DNA of 64,000 nucleotides from Chloroflexota bacterium (GTDB lineage Bacteria; Chloroflexota; UBA11872): NCBI GenBank assembly GCA_965263075.1, contig CBDHGI010000006.1, positions 3,036,281 to 3,100,280 of the forward strand, read 5' to 3'. Shown piece by piece: positions 22,601 to 30,266 of this stretch (position 1 is its first letter; each line of letters starts with the position of its first letter). The notes under the pieces were generated by a model. It saw only the letters and a program-made list of their open reading frames with translations, ran no database searches and was not told where the DNA came from. The position numbers and the translations under genes were made by a program.

Positions 22601-23566
22601 TCACGCGGCGACGCCGATGTGACTCAATAGGGGAATAATGTCGAATTGATCCTTGACTTCATTCCTAAAGGATCTGTCAAGAGACTGAACTATCGCATTC
22701 GCGATCAGGGCGCATAGAGTCTTAGCTAGATCTTGGATGCTCAGGACAAGTTTTATCAGCGTATCCGCATGATCCGAACCTTGTTGATACATAGTGGTGT
22801 CCTCGTAATTCGATTTGACCCGGATACGGTACAGGTAATCGAACACGGTTGTCGGACCAACAGAATCTGCAATCTTAACTTGCTTCGGTCTACTTAAGCG
22901 AGCTGTTTTCTTACCTGACTTCCGGGCCTGCGTTTTTCTTGCGGATTCCAGCTTGTCTACGATCAATCTGCGCCGCGTCGTATCAAGGCATTGCGCTACG
23001 TGGGCATCCCGCGTAGCTTCGCTTGGACGACCAAGGTTGAGTCCCGAGCGGATGTCCACCCGGCGGTCTGGGATCCCATTCAAGTTTCCCGGGAGATGCT
23101 TCCATCCGTAGTAGCCTCCACGGAGCACTGCGGAGAAGGGACGGGGAAAAAGCCCGTCGACCATGCGATCCGCAGCCGTCTTCGTGAACGCACCATGGGT
23201 CCGTGGCAGGCTTTCAGCAGATCCAGTCGCGGATAAGAAAGTCAGTCCAAAACCATGAACTGCGTAGTATGCCTGCACCGGCAACCAAAGGGCACTTGCC
23301 ATTGCGAAATCCGGCATTTTCTCGACTGGTATTTGTCGCATCAAGCGAAGAGTAAGATGCCCACGCCGCAAGTGCTTCTGGACCGCATCATGGTCGCAGT
23401 GCCGAGTTGGCCTGAGCTTCCGAAAGGCATTCAAGCGCGACTGTTCAGCTCCAAGCGAAGACCCACGCGGCTTCCTCAAGCACCACGCGTCGTTATAGTT
23501 GGAATAAGTGGTGGTCGCAGCTCTACTATCAGAGATGCCGTAGTCCCGAAGGTCAAGTATAGGCAT
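22601..23566 (-). CDS. hypothetical protein (orf321), restriction-linked ORF, third cistron of hsdM-hsdS
   Basis: A 321-codon ORF starting 13 nt after the hsdS stop on the same strand. Composition is varied, and I recognised no family motif. Landmarks are WLPVQAYYAVHGFG, the basic linker ESARKTQARKSGKKTARLSRPKQVK, and YLYRIRVKSNYED. Confidence 0.7.
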   Translation of the reverse strand: MPILDLRDYGISDSRAATTTYSNYNDAWCLRKPRGSSLGAEQSRLNAFRKLRPTRHCDHDAVQKHLRRGHLTLRLMRQIPVEKMPDFAMASALWLPVQAYYAVHGFGLTFLSATGSAESLPRTHGAFTKTAADRMVDGLFPRPFSAVLRGGYYGWKHLPGNLNGIPDRRVDIRSGLNLGRPSEATRDAHVAQCLDTTRRRLIVDKLESARKTQARKSGKKTARLSRPKQVKIADSVGPTTVFDYLYRIRVKSNYEDTTMYQQGSDHADTLIKLVLSIQDLAKTLCALIANAIVQSLDRSFRNEVKDQFDIIPLLSHIGVAA

Positions 23567-23579
23567 TCATTTATCTTTC

Positions 23580-24836
23580 CTAGCAATCAACAGTACTCAA
23601 GTCCAACTCCCTCACCCGTATCTCCCCCGTCATCAGCTTGTGCAGCACCGCCTTGAACAACTCCTCCAGCACGTCGCGTTTCCGCCGGTGCAGGCCAATC
23701 TTGCGGTCGATGGATTCGAGAACAGCAATAATGCTCCGTTGCTCGTCTTCGGCGGGCAGCGGAAACAGGACCGTACGGAGCTTAGTCGCATTGATGTTAG
23801 CTTGTCCGACCGCGCGGCTCGCGAGCTTCTTGATCTCCTCCTGCGTTCTTGGCCAGTTCATGAAGTAATTGAGAAACTCCGGGACGCATCGGCCGGCGTC
23901 AACCACAAGCCGAACGAGATAGGACGCAAAGACAGCAGGCCTAGCGTCTTCAATAATCGCCATGCGCCCGACCAGATCAATGCTGTTTGTGCGATTGAAA
24001 AGGAGATCGCCAGGCTTTACTCGGAATCTGTCGTAACTCTCGGCATCTAGATCGACAAACTGAAGATCTCGGTAATGCACCTTGCCGTCTTCCTGGCAGT
24101 TCATTCGCAGAATTGGACAAGCGCCGGACGTTCGGCCCCGCATTGATAGGCCGTATTGAGTGGCCACGGCCACGTCGTCAATTGCCGTAACCTCCCAACT
24201 CTCTGGCACCGGTCCAATCTTTGTCTCCTTCCGCGGCTCGCCTTGCAGACCGCGGGTAAACAGCGTGTGCATTGCAGCGCGCTTCAAGTCCTGTGCGATC
24301 GCAATACTCTGATTTTGTGCTCTGATTGCGTCGCGCACCTGGCTGAGCACCGATATGATTGCCCGTTGCTGGTCTACTGGCGGCCGGGGAACGTCGAGCC
24401 CGGCAAGGCGGTTGCGGGACAGGTTTGGGATAGTAGTCTTATTTCCCGCTCCCTCGAAGATGCCTAGCTGCGTGAAGGCGGATTGCAGGAAGAACACATA
24501 GAATTGCGGCTCGACGTTAGGGTCGATTGGCCAGAGCCGATGCAAGTGGTTCTGGAACGACATCGTTTCCACTTCGCCATGCCAGATCGCCGCACGTCCT
24601 ATCTCTCCGCCCTCGCAGACCAGCAGGTCACCCTTCCTCAGTAGCTTGGCAGGCAACTCGTGCTCTGGAATGGACATCTCATCAACGGACGACAGATCGA
24701 TCTCGTCCCAGAGGACGTTGGATGTCCGTAGGAAGGGCGTCTTGTTGGGGCCATTGCGTGCGGCGGCGGACATCGTCTTGCCCGCGCCAATCTCGAAAAG
24801 CTCCCCAAGGGGACGCCAGGTCCACATATCGCTCAT
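23580..24836 (-). CDS. hsdS: type I restriction-modification specificity subunit S
   Basis: Two target-recognition-domain halves, each followed by a conserved helix (..[16 protein letters not shown].. and ..[16 protein letters not shown]..). The ATG overlaps the hsdM stop (ATGA). Confidence 0.9.
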   Translation of the reverse strand: MSDMWTWRPLGELFEIGAGKTMSAAARNGPNKTPFLRTSNVLWDEIDLSSVDEMSIPEHELPAKLLRKGDLLVCEGGEIGRAAIWHGEVETMSFQNHLHRLWPIDPNVEPQFYVFFLQSAFTQLGIFEGAGNKTTIPNLSRNRLAGLDVPRPPVDQQRAIISVLSQVRDAIRAQNQSIAIAQDLKRAAMHTLFTRGLQGEPRKETKIGPVPESWEVTAIDDVAVATQYGLSMRGRTSGACPILRMNCQEDGKVHYRDLQFVDLDAESYDRFRVKPGDLLFNRTNSIDLVGRMAIIEDARPAVFASYLVRLVVDAGRCVPEFLNYFMNWPRTQEEIKKLASRAVGQANINATKLRTVLFPLPAEDEQRSIIAVLESIDRKIGLHRRKRDVLEELFKAVLHKLMTGEIRVRELDLSTVDC

Positions 24837-26674
24837 TGCAGGCGCACCAGCATTCTTGCCAGTGATGCGTCGATCTCACGGGCCTCTTCATCGAGACGCT
24901 GCATGTCCGCGATGATCTCGGAAATCGGGCGCTGAGCGACGTCGCCAGCCTGCCCCACCCACCGACTTGGACTCAGGTTGTAGTCGGCTTCCTTCGCCTC
25001 ATCTCGTGTGATGACGGCTACCTCGCCGTCCACTGGCTCCCCTTTGACGAAGGCCGCCGCCAATGGGCGGATGTCGTCCCCAGGGATGTAGTTCTTGGGC
25101 CGCCCCTTGCGCACGCGCCGGCTGGCGTTCAGCAGCACGATCGTGTCCTTGCGCGCCGCCGGCTTGCGCTTCGCGAGCACGATGATGATCCCGGCGGCGC
25201 TGGTGTTGTAGAAGAGGTTGTCCGGCAGCAGGATCACGCCGTCGATCAGGTCCCGCTCCACGAACCATCTGCGAATGTTCCGCTCCCGGTCCTCGTTCTT
25301 GCTCCCCGAACCGCGCGTGACCGCGCCGGTGTCAAGCACCACCGCCGCCCGCCCGCGCTCGTTCAGGCAGGCCAGGGTGTGCTGCAGCCAGGCCCAATCG
25401 CCCTTGCCCGTGGTGACGCCGCCGGCGCCCCGGAACCGGTCGAAGGGGTCGTTGTCGAACACATCGGGGTTGAATGGTTGATTCCACATCGGATTGGCGA
25501 CCACGATGTCGTGGGTGCTGATGCGGCCCGCGGCGTCCTTGAACTTCGGGTTGAGCATCGTGTCGCCGCGCTCGATCTGTACATCCATGTCGTGGACGAT
25601 GGCGTTCATGTGGGCCGTTGCGTAGCTCTCGGCTTGCAGCTCCTGTCCATGGAGCTTCAGCGGGACACGGCTGGTGGGGTCGAGCTCGCGGGCAGCGAGT
25701 TGGAGCTTGACCAGCAGCCCCGCCGACCCGCAGGCGAAGTCGTGACAATCCTGGCCGGGCCTCGGCCGCACGATATGCGCCATCAGGAATCCGACCTCGG
25801 TAGGCGTGAAGAACTCGCCGGAGCTGCGGCCCGAGCCTTCGGCGAACTTCCTGAGCAGGTATTCGTAGGCGCGGCCCAGGAAGTCGGGCTGCACGTCGGC
25901 CAGGCCGAGCCGGTAGCGCGGGTCTGAGAAGGTCTCGACCACGGCCGCCAGCCGGGCTGGGTTGATGTCCCGCTCGCCATTGCGCTCGGACGCGAAGTCC
26001 ACCAGGTCGATCACGCCGGATAGCGACGGGTTGTGTCGCACGACCGCACGCACCGCCCGCGTCAGATGCTCGCCAATGTCCCTGGGTCGGGTGCTTCGTC
26101 CATGATCGTCGCGGGGCCACTCATGCGAATCCCTGCCGCTGACGACGCTCCACCTAGCCTCCGGCGGCAGGTAGAACCGCAACAGGCCGTGGTCGCTCTC
26201 CGCGATCTCCTGCGCGATCGCTCGATCTCCGTACTCCTCGGCCAGTCGGTCGATCTCGTCGTCGAAGACGTCTGAGAGACGCTTGAGAAAGAGCAGTGGC
26301 AGCAAGTAATCCTTGAACTTGGCCGCGTCCCTCTCACCCCGGATGGAGCAGGCCGCGTCCCACAGCATCTGCTCCATCGGTTTGGTGGACGGGGCGGCCG
26401 CCTGCCGACTTCGCGATCGGCGCCGGGTCACGCGCACGGCGGACTCGGTCTGGCGGATAGCCGCCTCGGCGGTGTCGACGCCCGCTTCATCGGCAAGCGC
26501 GGCAATAGCTGTCCGCGCCGCCCTCTGCGGCATGGTCAAGCCACCCTCCCAGCGATTCACCGTGGCAAACGCAACCCCAAGCCGCTCCGCAAGCTCCCCC
26601 TGCGTCAATCCCAGCTCGGCACGGATGGCCTGTAGAATCGCCCGAACAGTCTGCTTATCTGTTATGTCTGTCAT
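24833..26674 (-). CDS. hsdM: type I R-M DNA methyltransferase subunit M with N-terminal XRE-type HTH domain
   Basis: [25 protein letters not shown] is the HTH. The N6_Mtase core has GEFFTP, the SAM motif DFACGSAG and motif [11 protein letters not shown]. Confidence 0.95.
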   Translation of the reverse strand: MTDITDKQTVRAILQAIRAELGLTQGELAERLGVAFATVNRWEGGLTMPQRAARTAIAALADEAGVDTAEAAIRQTESAVRVTRRRSRSRQAAAPSTKPMEQMLWDAACSIRGERDAAKFKDYLLPLLFLKRLSDVFDDEIDRLAEEYGDRAIAQEIAESDHGLLRFYLPPEARWSVVSGRDSHEWPRDDHGRSTRPRDIGEHLTRAVRAVVRHNPSLSGVIDLVDFASERNGERDINPARLAAVVETFSDPRYRLGLADVQPDFLGRAYEYLLRKFAEGSGRSSGEFFTPTEVGFLMAHIVRPRPGQDCHDFACGSAGLLVKLQLAARELDPTSRVPLKLHGQELQAESYATAHMNAIVHDMDVQIERGDTMLNPKFKDAAGRISTHDIVVANPMWNQPFNPDVFDNDPFDRFRGAGGVTTGKGDWAWLQHTLACLNERGRAAVVLDTGAVTRGSGSKNEDRERNIRRWFVERDLIDGVILLPDNLFYNTSAAGIIIVLAKRKPAARKDTIVLLNASRRVRKGRPKNYIPGDDIRPLAAAFVKGEPVDGEVAVITRDEAKEADYNLSPSRWVGQAGDVAQRPISEIIADMQRLDEEAREIDASLARMLVRLQ

Positions 26675-26680
26675 ATCTGC

Positions 26681-26708
26681 ACTATAACATCTAAACCGTG
26701 AGTGGCAA
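26681..26708 (-). promoter_or_regulatory. candidate promoter of hsdM giving a leaderless or near-leaderless transcript
   Basis: On the minus strand: TTGCCA (26708-26703), a 16-nt spacer, TATAGT (26686-26681), then only 6 nt before ATG 26674. Confidence 0.35.
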
Positions 26709-26757
26709 GGGACAATCCCCGGCCACTCTCACACTCTGAACTCCTCCCTTGCCACTC
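26700..26757. promoter_or_regulatory. 13-bp inverted repeat (candidate operator) overlapping the hsdM -35
   Basis: GAGTGGCAAGGGA (26700-26712) pairs with TCCCTTGCCACTC (26745-26757). A third half-site, GCCACTC, lies at 26722-26728. Confidence 0.35.
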
Positions 26758-26759
26758 GT

Positions 26760-27530
26760 CCCCACATAGTGTACTCTAACCGAGTAAGCCTCGCAACCCC
26801 TCTCCAATGCCCACCGCCTCGCTCCTGCTCCTGCCGCTCAAACGCCTCCTGAGCTTGATCCCGTCCGTGCTGCGCCTGTTCCCCGTCCTGCTCCGCCCGC
26901 CTCCGATGGCCGCCCGCCTCTCCCCGCTCGCCCTGCCCCCATTCGTGCCACGCCTGCCCACGTTCGCGCTGCGCCCCCTCGCCTTCCTGCCAACCCCGTC
27001 CAGCCACCCCCGCCGCCCCGCCGCAAAACGCCCCGCCTCCTGCCCCTTCGACCTCTGGGAAAGGGTTGGCGCCTGCCCCGGACGCGATCCGGGGACGAGG
27101 GTCTTCCGGTCGAGGCGTCACCCCGCAGCGCCGTCGCACCGAGCCGTCCCCACCGCGCCCCAAACCCCGCCAAAATGCACCCCGCCGCGCCTCAAGAGTT
27201 TTTTGGAAAAAACTCTTACTGCGCGCGAGACCCCCACTTCCGCCCCCTCCAGCCACCCCTATCACGGATCCGCCCAGTCCCCCTCAGCAGCCGCCTCTTC
27301 CCGTCATCCCGGCGTCTTCAGCCGGGACCCAGCACCACGGTCAGTCCCAGCGCACCCACGCCACCCCGACCTCCCCAGCATCCCGAGCCCACCTCCCCCT
27401 CTTCTCTCACTACTCACTTCTCTCCCCTCACTCCCCTTCTTCATTCCTTCTCACTTCTCACTACTCTTCGCTCACTCCTTCCCCCCGCCCCGCCCCACAG
27501 CCATCGCAAACTCGCCCCAAAAATCCGCCA
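26760..27530. other. about 770 bp of non-coding, strand-asymmetric (C-rich, G-poor on the plus strand) low-complexity DNA at the right edge of the island
   Basis: Only spurious Pro/Arg- or Gly/Arg-rich ORFs are present. The G-free run 27388-27469 (82 nt) is built from permutations of TCACT(A/T)CTC. Lines 27361 and 27421 contain 4 and 1 G respectively. Confidence 0.6.
27194..27217. repeat. AT-rich perfect palindrome AAGAGTTTTTT-gg-AAAAAACTCTT
   Basis: Read directly. The 11-nt arms are fully complementary and sit in otherwise C-rich DNA. Confidence 0.7.
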
Positions 27531-27533
27531 TAT

Positions 27534-27588
27534 CTCGCGACCGCCGGCCGGGAACACCCCTAAGGGGTTCCCGGCCGGCGGTCGCGAG
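27534..27588. repeat. long hairpin (22-bp perfect stem plus 3 bp after a bulge), palindromic element copy 2; possible terminator of the ADH-orf234 unit
   Basis: CTCGCGACCGCCGGCCGGGAAC a CCC-ctaa-GGG GTTCCCGGCCGGCGGTCGCGAG. The stop codon of orf234 (27560-62) lies in the loop. The flanks TCGCCCCAAAAA and ACCCCCAAAAC resemble those of the hairpin at 329-381. Confidence 0.7.
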
Positions 27589-28264
27589 TACCCCCAAAAC
27601 GCGCCGCCTCGCTGCCCAATCCGGTCCCTCGCATCCGCGGCTGCACCTCCGCCACCGACACGCAAACCCGCGGAATCGCAATCCCGGGCCCGGGCCGCAT
27701 CACCGTCACCACCGGCGCCAGGTGCCCCCCGGTGTAGGTCTCGATCGGAACCACGCTGTGGGCATAGGCCCGATTGGCCTCGTGACCTGTCCGCGAGTCG
27801 TACCCCAGCCCCAGCGGCGACGGCTCCCCGCGTTGAACGGCCATCACGTCCAGCGGATGCCCCCAGTCCCCCACCCAGACCCCCTGAAATCCCGGCGGCA
27901 GGTCAACCCGCAGCAGCACGTCGCCAATCCATCCGCGCCAGCGGCGTCCGCCTTCGCTTCCGAAGTACGGCGAGTCGTCCAGCCACCGCGGCTTCGGGTC
28001 CAGGAACCCCTCCACCGTGTACAGCCCCTCGAACTCCGGCGTCAGCTCGGTGCTGAAGAACGCCCGCTTCCTCGCCTTCAGCCCGCCCGCCGTGCCCAGG
28101 ATCAACGACAGCCGGTTGCGCCGCGTGTAATGCCAGAACGTCAACCCGCCGTCGGCACGCCACTCCGGCCGCCCCGGATCGTCCTCAAACCCGCAATCTC
28201 CCAGCAGCTCGCCCCGCTGGCTGAGAAACCGTTCCCCCGGTTGCCCCTCGGAACTGGCCGTCAC
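27560..28264 (-). CDS. hypothetical protein (orf234)
   Basis: A 234-codon ORF 27 nt downstream of the Zn-ADH gene on the same strand, with varied composition. The N-terminal LTFWHYTRRNRLSLILGTAGGLKARKRAFFST faintly recalls the ADP-ribosyltransferase-fold core. Confidence 0.55.
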   Translation of the reverse strand: MTASSEGQPGERFLSQRGELLGDCGFEDDPGRPEWRADGGLTFWHYTRRNRLSLILGTAGGLKARKRAFFSTELTPEFEGLYTVEGFLDPKPRWLDDSPYFGSEGGRRWRGWIGDVLLRVDLPPGFQGVWVGDWGHPLDVMAVQRGEPSPLGLGYDSRTGHEANRAYAHSVVPIETYTGGHLAPVVTVMRPGPGIAIPRVCVSVAEVQPRMRGTGLGSEAARFGGTRDRRPGTP

Positions 28265-28291
28265 GTCACCGCCACGTCGAGCGGCCCCGTC

Positions 28292-29344
28292 CTAGCTCCA
28301 GTCGAACAGGATCTTCCCAGCGGTAGCCCTGTCGGCCAGTTCAAACGCCTCAACCGCGTCTTCCGGCCGGAACCGGTGCGTGATCAGCGACTTGATGGGA
28401 ACCCGCCGCCGCCGCACGAAGTCCACCAGCTCTTCCCATTCGTGCTGCTTGTAGAGCCAGGACCCACGCAGGATCACTTCCCGGAAGATGATCTGCTCGC
28501 TGGGCGCAATCGTCGGGTCGTGGCCCACGCCCACCTCCACGTACGTCCCCTGCGTCCGCAGCGCGTCCACCGCCGCGCCGCGCGCTGCCGGCTGACCGCT
28601 CGTGTCGATCGATGCCGCCACGCCTTCGCCGCCGGCCGCCTCGACGATTCGCGCATTCAGGTCGGGGTCCGAGCTGTCCAGGGCAACCTGCGCCCCGCAT
28701 TCCAGCGCCAGCGCGCGGCGTTCCGCGGACGGATCCACGCCTACCACCAGCGCGCCTCGCGCCCGCCCCAGCAGCACGCAGGCCAGCCCCACGGGTCCCA
28801 GTCCAAATACCGCCAGCGGCCGATCCCCGGAGGCGTCGGTCTTTCGCAGCGCCCCGTAGGCCGTCCCCACGTTGCACGAAAGCAGCGCGCCCATTTCAAA
28901 GTCGAAGTCGTCGGGCAGTGGCAGCGCGTTGCGCGCCGGCGCGACCAGGTAGGCGGCGTTCGTCCCGTGCCGGTGGCGGCTGAAGTGTTGCGCGTCGGCA
29001 CAGAACATTGCCTCGCCCCGTCGGCAGTGCACGCAGTGGCCGCAGCCCACGATGCCGAACACCACCACGCGGTCGCCTACCGCTGGATATCCCACGCCCG
29101 GACCTACGGCGTCCACGATTCCCGTGTTCTCGTGACCCAGCGCCCACTGACTCCAGCCGTTCTCGTTGCGCACGGCCGCGGACGTCCGGTAGTGATGCAG
29201 GTCGCTGCCGCAGACGGCCGACACAATGGTTCGCACGCGCATTTCGCCCGGACCCGGCTGGTCGACCGCGGCGCTGCCCACTTCCACCCGCTCGTCGCCC
29301 GGGCAGCGCACACACGTCATCTGGGGAATAGCGGCCATTGCCAT
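28292..29344 (-). CDS. zinc-binding alcohol dehydrogenase family (MDR) protein
   Basis: GHENTGIVDAVGPGV, structural-zinc cysteines CGHCVHCRRG, and Rossmann VFGLGPVGL. Confidence 0.85.
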   Translation of the reverse strand: MAMAAIPQMTCVRCPGDERVEVGSAAVDQPGPGEMRVRTIVSAVCGSDLHHYRTSAAVRNENGWSQWALGHENTGIVDAVGPGVGYPAVGDRVVVFGIVGCGHCVHCRRGEAMFCADAQHFSRHRHGTNAAYLVAPARNALPLPDDFDFEMGALLSCNVGTAYGALRKTDASGDRPLAVFGLGPVGLACVLLGRARGALVVGVDPSAERRALALECGAQVALDSSDPDLNARIVEAAGGEGVAASIDTSGQPAARGAAVDALRTQGTYVEVGVGHDPTIAPSEQIIFREVILRGSWLYKQHEWEELVDFVRRRRVPIKSLITHRFRPEDAVEAFELADRATAGKILFDWS

Positions 29345-29408
29345 GCCTCCGACCTAGGTCCGGCCCGCTTATCATGCGCCTCGAACCCAGGCGCACCAAA
29401 CGAGAACC

Positions 29409-30266
29409 ATGCGCGAGGCTGACGGGGCCCGATTTCGGTTGATCGCCCACCGCGGAGCTTCATGGGCCGCGCCCGAGAATACGCGGGCAGCATTCAGGCT
29501 GGCGGCCGCCCACGGCGCCCGGGAGATCGAAACCGACGTACGACTTACGCGCGATGGCCGCGTGGTTCTGTTTCACGACCGCGGCCTGCGCACGAAGTGC
29601 AACCGCGCCGGCGCCGCCGAAGACCTGACTCTGGCCGAACTCAAAACGCTGGATATCGGTGCATGGTTCGATCGTACGGGCGCAAATGCATTGAACAACC
29701 CCGCCCTTGGCTGGGATGACGCGCCCGCCGGCCCGTCCTCGCCCGAATACCTGCTCGGCTTTGACGCCTACTTGGATGAGTTCGGCTCGCGCTTCCACCA
29801 TCACGTCGAGCTCAAAGGCGCATCGCCGGAGCTGCCGCGAGCCGTACTTGCCGCGCTCGACGCGTGCGGCCAGCGCCCGAATTGCACGTTTACGTCGTTT
29901 GACTTGAGTCAACTCGAACGGCTGCGCGCGCTAGCGCCGAACGCGCCGGCCGGCTGGCTGTTTGCTCGACGTGGCGATCCGGTTCCCTCGCCCTCGGCCG
30001 CGGTGCGCGAATGCCTGCGGCTTGGGCTTCAGCAGTGCAATCCCAGGATTACGGCCCTGACCCTGGAGCACGCCCGAGCCGCCCACGACGCTGGTCTTGA
30101 GGTCAGAACCTTTAGTCTGCGCACGTCGGCGGACCTATGGCGGGCGATGGCTCTTGGGGCCGACGGCGCCACCGTCAACTGGTTCCGGTCGGCCTGCCGG
30201 CTTCTTGACCAATCGCAACGAACGTCCGCCGCGCGTCCCACGACCAAACCGCTGGCACGGGCATGA
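29409..30266 (+). CDS. glycerophosphodiester phosphodiesterase family protein
   Basis: LIAHRGASWAAPENTRAAFRLAAAHGAREIETDVRLTRDGRVVLFHD is the GDPD signature. Confidence 0.85.
   Translation: MREADGARFRLIAHRGASWAAPENTRAAFRLAAAHGAREIETDVRLTRDGRVVLFHDRGLRTKCNRAGAAEDLTLAELKTLDIGAWFDRTGANALNNPALGWDDAPAGPSSPEYLLGFDAYLDEFGSRFHHHVELKGASPELPRAVLAALDACGQRPNCTFTSFDLSQLERLRALAPNAPAGWLFARRGDPVPSPSAAVRECLRLGLQQCNPRITALTLEHARAAHDAGLEVRTFSLRTSADLWRAMALGADGATVNWFRSACRLLDQSQRTSAARPTTKPLARA

Noticed and set aside
17455-27560. Calling the island a mobile element (integrative element or prophage remnant)
   Set aside because: No integrase, transposase, terminal inverted repeats or att-like direct repeats could be found by eye. 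Only composition and gene content suggest horizontal origin.
26807-29422. 871-aa plus-strand ORF, the longest unexplained ORF in the track
   Set aside because: Its translation is Pro/Arg/Ala-rich low complexity. It runs antisense through two well-supported minus-strand genes (orf234 and the Zn-ADH) and through the G-depleted tract. This is a typical high-GC antisense artefact.
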